Notes under the pieces: generated by a model
Told to the model about the DNA's origin: nothing
Database searches by the model: none
What the model saw: only the letters and a program-made list of their open reading frames with translations
Assembly (NCBI GenBank): GCA_000708835.1
Contig: DF237671.1
Coordinates: forward strand, 1-41,198
Source: Klebsormidium nitens
Taxonomy: Eukaryota > Plantae > Klebsormidiophyceae
Reading direction: 5' to 3'
DNA: 41,198 bases
Translations under genes and position numbers: made by a program
Shown here: positions 33,463-41,198 of the stretch, piece after piece
How positions within the stretch are numbered: position 1 is the stretch's first letter
Layout: each line of letters opens with the position of its first letter

Positions 33463-35172
33463 ATGGCGACCGCTGCGGCATTGGCTCGGACAGGGTGTGG
33501 CGGAGCGGGGTGCCTACGCAGCAATTGGACGCGGGGCAAGGGCAGCGCGGATGGATCCGCAGCCCCAGGCCGGCTGGGCAGCATTAGCAGCCCAATCGGG
33601 GGCGAGGGCAGCCCTGCTTGGCGGCAGGCGTGCAAGGATGTGGCGCCAAAGCGGCCTCAGGGCGTGCCGATGCCTGCAGGGTGCAGGGCGACTGCGGGAG
33701 CAGCAGTGCGCGCAGAGCACACCAGTGCAGCCGATGGTAATGGAGCGGCCCCCTTCACGGCGTGGGACTCGCCCACGCTGTCCAAGGTGTCCAAGAGAAC
33801 GGACCTCAAGAAGATCATGATCCTGGGGGCGGGGCCCATTGTGATCGGGCAGGCCTGCGAGTTTGACTACTCAGGTGAGGCAAAAAGCACAGCGTGCACC
33901 GTCGTGCTGGCGGATGATGCTGCTGCTGCAACAGCTGGCACACCAGGGGGGAAAGAGGCCCAGCCAAGAGTGCAAGGCAGAAACAATTGGGGCGGCAAGT
34001 GGGCAGGGCAGGGAAACATCTCGCTTAGTGGGCTGGATCTATGCTGCCAAAGTTGGACTAGGATGCCAAGATCTGACAGGGCAGCCCCTGGAAATGACTT
34101 TTGTGTACTGTCTTTCCTTGAGAGAGAATGATGTGAATGCCAGCATTAGATCCTGTGGGTACAATTGGGGCTTTTGAAGTAGTTCTTGGAGACCAAGTTC
34201 ACCAGCATTTTGTTGTACTGCATCTGTCGATCACTTGGTGCCGTCCTCCTGTGCAATGCTGTGAGTGGCATGGTCTTTTATTGTGGGATCCCCCCCGGCC
34301 TGATCCAGTGGAGGCGCACGGTGGTGGGTGCAGGGACGCAGGCGTGCAAGGCGCTGAAGCAGGAGGGGTACCAGGTGGTGCTGCTCAACAGCAACCCCGC
34401 CACCATCATGACGGACCCCGGCACCGCGGACCGCACCTACGTGGCGCCCATGACGCCCGAGCTGGCCACCAAGATCATCGAGCAGGAGCGGCCCGATGCC
34501 CTGCTGCCCACCATGGGCGGCCAGACGGCGCTCAACCTCGCAGTCTCCCTCAGCGAGAGCGGCGTGCTGGAGAAGTGAGACACGCCACACCCCGCCTCAC
34601 TCTGCGTATCTGCAACAGCCTGTCAAAGCTGACCCATTGCATCAAGTTTGGCCAACATGAACTCTGAGAATCGGGATGTGGCTCGGGCTCCAGCAGTCCA
34701 GCTTTTCTGTGGACCACACGGCCTGTCGCCTTGTGTCCCTGTGTGGCAAGAGAGAAGGGCGGTGGGTGACGCGCTTGGCGGTGGTGCAGGTACGGTGTGG
34801 AGCTGATTGGCGCGAAGCTGCCGGCCATCCAGAAGGCGGAGGACCGCGACTTGTTCAAGAAGGCGATGGAGAAGATCGGCGTGAAGAGCGCGCCGTCGGG
34901 GGTGGCCACCACCATGGACGAGGCCTGGCAGATCGCGGGGCAGATCGGGGACTTCCCGCTCATCATCCGGCCCGCGTTCACGCTGGGCGGCAGCGGCGGC
35001 GGCATTGCGTACAACAAGGACGAGTTTGAGACGATCTGCAAGTCGGGCCTGGCGGCGAGCAGCAACAGCCAGATTTTGGTGGAGAAGAGCCTGCTGGGGT
35101 GGAAGGAGTACGAGCTGGAGGTGATGCGCGACCTGGCGGACAACGTGGTCATCATCTGCTCCATCGAGAACA

Positions 35173-35203
<31 letters not shown>

Positions 35204-37716
35204 CATCACGGTGGCGCCCGCGCAGACGCTCACGGACCGCGAGTACCAGCGCCTGCGCGACTACAGCGTGGCCATCATCCGCGAGATCGGGGTGGAGTGC
35301 GGCGGCAGCAACGTGCAGTTCAGCGTCAACCCCGAGGACGGCGAGGTGGTGGTCATCGAGATGAACCCGCGCGTGAGCCGCTCCTCCGCGCTCGCGTCCA
35401 AGGCCACCGGCTTCCCCATTGCCAAGATGGCCGCCAAGCTGGCGGTGGGCTACACGCTGGACCGCATCCCCAACGACATCACCCTCAAGACGCCCGCCTC
35501 CTTCGAGCCCTCCATCGACTACGTCGTCACCAAGGTCAGCGCCCCCGCCCACGCACTCATCTGATTCCTGATTATCTTTGAGCTGTTGGACGGGGATCGG
35601 AAGGTCTTTCGACTGTCAGCAATTCAGCTTGGAAACAAGTCCAAAGCTACCTCAGCATCGGACTAAGCCTTTAGACGATAATCATGTATTAGCTGTAGGA
35701 AAGACGTTTCACTCCGTTTGCCCGTGCACCAAAGTGGACGGCAATCAAGTGAGGTTGACCAAGATTGATTGTAAGCTAGAGATAGACACGTCACTTGAGG
35801 TATTGAAATTTGGAAAGGGAATGTTAAGATGGTTTCTATGCGCTTTCCTTGGCTCGTGATTCAGGTGCTGCATGCCAAGCCCTGCTCTGCTGCCACACTC
35901 ATAGCCCCCGCCTGGCGACTTGGCGCTTACCTTCTTCTACATCTGCTGCTGCAGATCCCACGCTTTGCGTTTGAGAAGTTCCCCGGCTCGGAGCCGATCC
36001 TGACGACGCAGATGAAGTCGGTGGGCGAGGCGATGGCCATTGGGCGCACGTTCGAGGAGTCGTTCCAGAAGGCGCTGCGCAGCCTGGAGACGGGCCACGC
36101 CGGCTTTGGCTGCGGCCCCGTGAAGGAGCTGGGGTGGGACTGGGAGCGGCTGAAGCGCGCCATGCGCGTGCCCAACCCGGAGCGCATGGCCGCCATCTAC
36201 GCGGCGCTGCGCAAGGGCATGCCGCTCGCCGAGGTGCAGCAGCTGACCATGATGGACCCCTGGTTCCTGCACAAGCTGGAAAGCCTGGTGGGCATCGAGA
36301 AGTGGATGGGGACGCGCGCCCTGCCCGACCTCACCAAGGCCGACCTGCTGGCCATCAAGCGGCGGGGCTTCAGCGACAAGCAGATCGCGTACGCGGTGAA
36401 GGCCAGCGAGGAGGCGGTGCGCGAGGCGCGGCTGGGGCTGGGCGTGGTGCCCGCGTACAAGCGCGTGGACACGTGCGCCGCCGAGTTCGAGGCGTTCACG
36501 CCGTACCAGTACTCCAGCTACGACGCCGAGTGCGAGAGCGAGCCGACGGCCGCCAAGAAGGTGCTCATCCTGGGGGGCGGCCCGAACCGCATCGGGCAGG
36601 GCATCGAGTTCGACTACTGCTGCTGCCACGCGAGCTTCAGCCTGCAGGACGCGGGGTACGAGACGATCATGATGAACAGCAACCCGGAGACGGTCTCCAC
36701 CGACTACGACACCAGCAACCGGCTCTACTTCGAGCCGCTGACGGTGGAGGACGTGATCAACATCATCACGCTGGAGCGGCCCGACGGGATCATCGTGCAG
36801 TTCGGCGGGCAGACGCCGCTCAAGCTCGCGCTGCCCATCCAGCGCTTCCTGGAGAAGGCGCAACTCCCTGCCGCGTCCGGGGAGGGCCTCGTGCGCATCT
36901 GGGGCACCCCGCCCGACGCCATCGACGCAGCGGAGGACCGCGAAAGGTGAGCTCGCACACAGCAGCCGTGCACGAGCAGCAAGGCGGAAGTCACGGCCTT
37001 CTCTAAGCTGCTCGGAGCACATGAAGAGATCTTTGTTGTCCATGAGTTGCAAGACTTCGGAGTGAATTCAGATGGCAGGTTCTACAGAACAGCGCGCAGC
37101 AGAGTTTATATTAACCCTCCTTTGTCGCCCTTTATCCCCACTGCCGGCTGGACAGAGTTGTCCCGGCTTGTCAATGCGTCGATGCTTCTGCTCAGAGCGG
37201 CGCGGCGGTGTGCAGGTTCGAGGTGATGCTGCGCGAGCTGGGCATCGAGCAGCCCCCTGGCGGCATTGCGGAGAGCGAGGAGGCGGCGCTGGCCATCGCA
37301 GCCCGCGTGGGGTACCCCGTGGTGGTGCGGCCCAGCTACGTGCTGGGCGGGCGCGCAATGGAGATCGTGTACGACGACGCGCGCCTGGGCTCCTACCTGG
37401 AGACGGCCGTGGAGGTGGACCCGGAGCGGCCCGTGCTGGTGGACAAGTACCTGCAGGACGCGACCGAGCTGGACGTCGACGCGCTGGCGGACGGGCAGGG
37501 CGGGGTCGTCATCGGGGGGATCATGGAGCACATCGAGCAGGCGGGCGTGCACAGCGGCGACAGCGCGTGCAGCCTTCCCACGCAGACCATCGGGCCGGAG
37601 CAGCTGGCCACGGTGCGCGAGTGGACGCGCGCGCTGGCGCTCAAGCTGGGTGTTTGCGGCCTGATGAACATCCAGTACGCGGTAATGCCCGAGGGGCAGG
37701 TGTACATCATCGAGGC

Positions 37717-37760
<44 letters not shown>

Positions 37761-37918
37761 TCGGGCACCCGCTCGCCAAGTATGCGAGCCTCGTCATGTC
37801 GGGCCGCTCGCTGGCGGACATCGGGTTCACGGAGGAGGTGCTGCCCGCGCACGTCAGCGTCAAGGAGGCCGTGCTGCCCTTCGACAAGTTCCCCGGCGCC
37901 GACACCCTGCTCGGGCCC

Positions 37919-37953
<35 letters not shown>

Positions 37954-38760
37954 CGACAAGTGAGCCGCCCCGCCCCGGCTCGTCCAGCATGCACCATCTC
38001 GTTGCTCCGCCGCTAAACTGCGCATCCAGTCTGCGTCTTGGCTTGTCCTGCCACGCTTGCCAAGCAGCCCCGGTCTCCACGCTGAGCAGCGCCCCTCCTT
38101 CTGCTGATTGTGCAGCTTCGCCATGGCGTTTGCCAAGGCGCAGCTGGCGGCCAACCAGCGGCTGCCGCTCAAGGGCGCCATCTTCGTGAGCATGAACGAC
38201 GCGCTGAAGGAGCGCAGCGTGCCCGTCGTGCGTGGCTTTGCGGACCTGGGCTTCTCCATCTACGCCACGGGGGGCACCGCCGCCACGCTGCGCGCGGCAG
38301 GCATCCCCGTCAACACCGTGCTCAAGCTGCACGAAGGCAGGCCGCACATCGGTACGTGCGCCGCGCTCGAGCGGGTGCCCGGGGAGGATGAAGTCAGGAA
38401 GCCTTGCATGGCAAGCCTTTCCTTGATCAAGTTGTTAGGAGTCATTTGAATTTGCGTCTTACGCCGGAGCTACTTGGCTTGATGATGATCACGTGTCCAT
38501 GTGGTGTTGGGTGCGCAGGGGACATGATTACGAACGGGCAGATCGCGTTGATGTTTATCACCAGCACGACTGGGGACGCGCTAGACGCCAAAGACGGGCG
38601 GGCCTTGCGGCGCACCGCTTTGGCGTATCGCGTGCCTATCGTGACGACCATCCAGGCCGGGTCCGCCAACCTGCGGGCCATCAAGGGCATGATCGACAGC
38701 CCCATCAAGATGCGCGCGCTGCAAGACTACTTCCAAGTACCAGAAACGGCCAAAGTCTAA
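33463..38760 (+). CDS. carB: Carbamoyl-phosphate synthase large subunit, plastid-type with transit peptide; 7 exons, ~1203 aa
   Basis: Exons 33463-33874, 34334-34574, 34790-35534, 35955-36946, 37216-37959, 38116-38351, 38519-38760; 3612 nt in frame. Motifs: [96 protein letters not shown], and a C-terminal MGS-like domain. About 105 aa of Ala/Arg/Gly/Ser-rich N-terminal extension. Confidence 0.97.
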
Positions 38761-40914
38761 TGATGCGGGTACCAATACGGCCGGCCTTCACACAACCTTT
38801 GTTTGTGCACGTGTGAGCCATATAAGCAGATTCTTGAGCGAGAATAAGAGATGAAACCTGTAGTCAGCAGATTACCTAAATCCGGAGTGTTGCGAAGTGC
38901 AACACTTAGTTGGATGACATTCTAGACAATGAGTTTTTTTGGGGTTTCTAACATGCCAGGACGGGACCTGATTCGTGTCAGCAACGTTAAATGATTTTAC
39001 TAAATGCATATTGGTATTGTATGGTCGGATTGGCAATCAAGGTGTGGATCTGAACTTCAGCTGAGCGGCAGGCTCTCTATTTCTTCATTGTTTGAAGCGA
39101 CAAGGACTTTTGCTAGAAGCATATGCTTAGTAATGCTACCGTAGTACACGTGCACTTCAATAGATTTATAGCTAGCAAACCCTTTCAACTCGAATAGGTG
39201 TAAGCCTTGGCCGCTTGGTCCACGAACATGGATCTTACCTGACGCCTTGATCCGTGAATGCATGGCCGATTCTTGCTTTCACGAATATAGGATGTATGCA
39301 AGATTGAGGTACACATGAGCAATATGGATGTACGTACTTGATCACACCAGATCAACATACGGAACGTTTGCCGGAACCTCAGGCCTAGCTATAAGTGAAA
39401 ACGATTTTTGTACCCTCAACACCATCATATGCCGCTTTGTGCCATGTGTAGCTTCGCATGCCATGATGAGGCTCAACTTTGCAATGTGGGCCCCGAGCAT
39501 TATTTATCTAACTTACATAATGTCCATGATACTCAACTATTGAATGTTTCCCATTAAATTAATAAATCGCCAGACGGTTTTGCAAGGGTTTAAATTTTGC
39601 ACAGAATGTAGGTGAACGGCAAAAGTTTTACAAGATAACGAGGACCGTTTAAGCGTTACACGACGTGTGTTAGGGGTCTAATCGAAGGAAATTTGTAATC
39701 GAGCACGCATGATCAAAACTAATCTAGGGCACCCAGGAATAATCACTAGAAAGAGATGCATCGATGTAGAGTTCAATAGTCGTTTTGTGGCACAACCATC
39801 CCGGATGGGCGTCCGCAGTTCACGATGACCTTTTCAGTCTATATGTCGAGTCCAAAAGTGTCGTCCGAATCCGGGTCCCCGCTCCGCCGAGTAGACGGCG
39901 GATCGTACAGCCAATTTCGATCGAGTGTAAAATTTCGGGACAATTCACGGTTTTCGAAGCTAGTCCGATTTTGCCCGTACGTCACGAAACTCCCCTGCGT
40001 ATCATTGTTGTACATTCGTGTATCAGAACCATACAAACTGTGTTCATGTACGACTTGTGTACCCCTTGTGTACCACATTGATACGACTCCGATACAACTG
40101 CTGTGGCGCTGAAGCAATACAGTGGCGTTGCATACGAAATGTATGAATTGTCATACGATGCAAGCTGTGTACAGTTGTTGTATGCAAATTGTACAAGCAC
40201 GACGTAACTTTCGTGCATCCTTTTTCAGTGCGTCAGCGAGGCATCAGCTTTGTGCATCTCATGCGGCGCCCGGCAGAATCACTTCAATCAGATCTAGTAG
40301 TTTAATTCTATTTCTGAATAGAACCATGTCATGGCGCCCTGTTTCGGCACGTCTTTGACAAGCTTTCCTGACTTTCCCTAGCTTGCACGGCCGTCAGCCA
40401 ATGGTGTATTTCGACTGGCCGGCGGCGGAAGACCGGCGGCACGCCCCTCTCGACACCCTCTGGCCGAGCTCTGGCCTCGTACTACTGTAACATACTAAGC
40501 AGTGACTGGCAGAGCCTGAGTGCCAATTGACTCAACGAGGCGGGCAAGCGTCCAGTTGATCCCCAGTCACTGACTGCTAGCGGGCCGCGCGTGCGGGGCC
40601 CCCATGAGCGCCGGCGCGCCGGCCAGCCTGGCTGGAACGCCGCGGCCGCTCGGGTCATCAGACGCACCGGGCGGTTTGACTCAGGGTTTGAGCCTCGGCC
40701 CCTGAACGTTTATCCTGACGACGATCGACGGTCAAAATTCAAATGGAACTGACTCTCAAGACTCGACCTCACTCGGAGTCGAGGGAAGACACTTGCAAGT
40801 TGCCTAGCCACCAGAGCTAGTTCACTAGGTAGCCGCCAAATGGGCAAAGATTGACAGCAGATTCTGGCGGGAGGCGGCGGTCCATTGAAGAATCAGCAGA
40901 TTGGGAGCACCTCA

Positions 40915-41070
40915 ATGGAAGATTTTCAAGGGAGCAGCTCCAGTGGGTAAGTACCAGCTGAAAAGTGTTTTGCCTTTATCTAGCTAGCTTCCAGTTTCAT
41001 GATGGATCAACGTCTGAGAACTTTGCAGGCAGCGCGGCAACCAAGAGCACAGCAATAACGCTATTAAGTG
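40915..41070 (+). CDS. Probable 5' end of a gene continuing beyond the window
   Basis: ATG at 40915, donor gtaagt at 40947 (phase 2), acceptor tttgcag and exon from 41029, giving MEDFQGSSSSGQRGNQEHSNNAIK. A GC-rich island precedes it (40578-40660). No homology recognisable. Confidence 0.3.
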
Positions 41071-41198
41071 CTGAAGACTTCAAGTTCTTCTTTCTTTCGT
41101 GCTGACTGATGTTCTTCTTATGAGCTGCAACGCGCAACGCATCCTTGTTCAGTATTGTCCAAGCTTCAATAGATTCAACAATCATCAAGTGAAAAGCC

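Noticed and set aside
34550-38347. Long minus-strand ORFs (34623..35552, 35937..37052, 37106..38347, 37393..38259)
   Set aside because: They are antisense shadows of high-GC3 carB exons. Their ends track the carB exons and they carry no independent motifs.
768-38760. SSADH plus carB as a nitrogen-metabolism gene cluster
   Set aside because: The two act in different pathways and compartments and are 28 kb apart with unrelated genes between them.
40997-41188. 63-aa minus-strand ORF
   Set aside because: No motif. It overlaps a plus-strand gene start with better splice signals.

Overview
This is eukaryotic, intron-rich nuclear DNA from a green plant or alga. The plant-like IleRS and plastid-type CarB suggest a streptophyte or chlorophyte alga (inference). 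There are two assembly gaps (14943-15036, 17457-18060). I rebuilt the spliced gene models by hand, and their exon phases close. In order they are: mitochondrial SSADH (+, 13 exons), an orphan signal-peptide membrane protein (-), a UBL-BAG co-chaperone (+), a broken intronless ORF (+), a second BAG-domain gene (-), cytosolic IleRS (+, 21 exons, two GC-AG introns), a type II membrane GT2-like glycosyltransferase (-), plastid CPS large subunit (+), and a probable gene start at the right edge. The second BAG gene appears to continue across a gap into about 970 aa of disordered tail carrying WVxF-acidic and DPF motifs. That architecture is the most unusual observation, but the link across the gap is inferred. 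The intergenic DNA holds two MITE-like inverted-repeat elements and a repeat/hairpin cluster. Most long ORFs in the supplied track are shadows of GC-rich exons. I found no rRNA, tRNA, CRISPR array or prokaryotic system.
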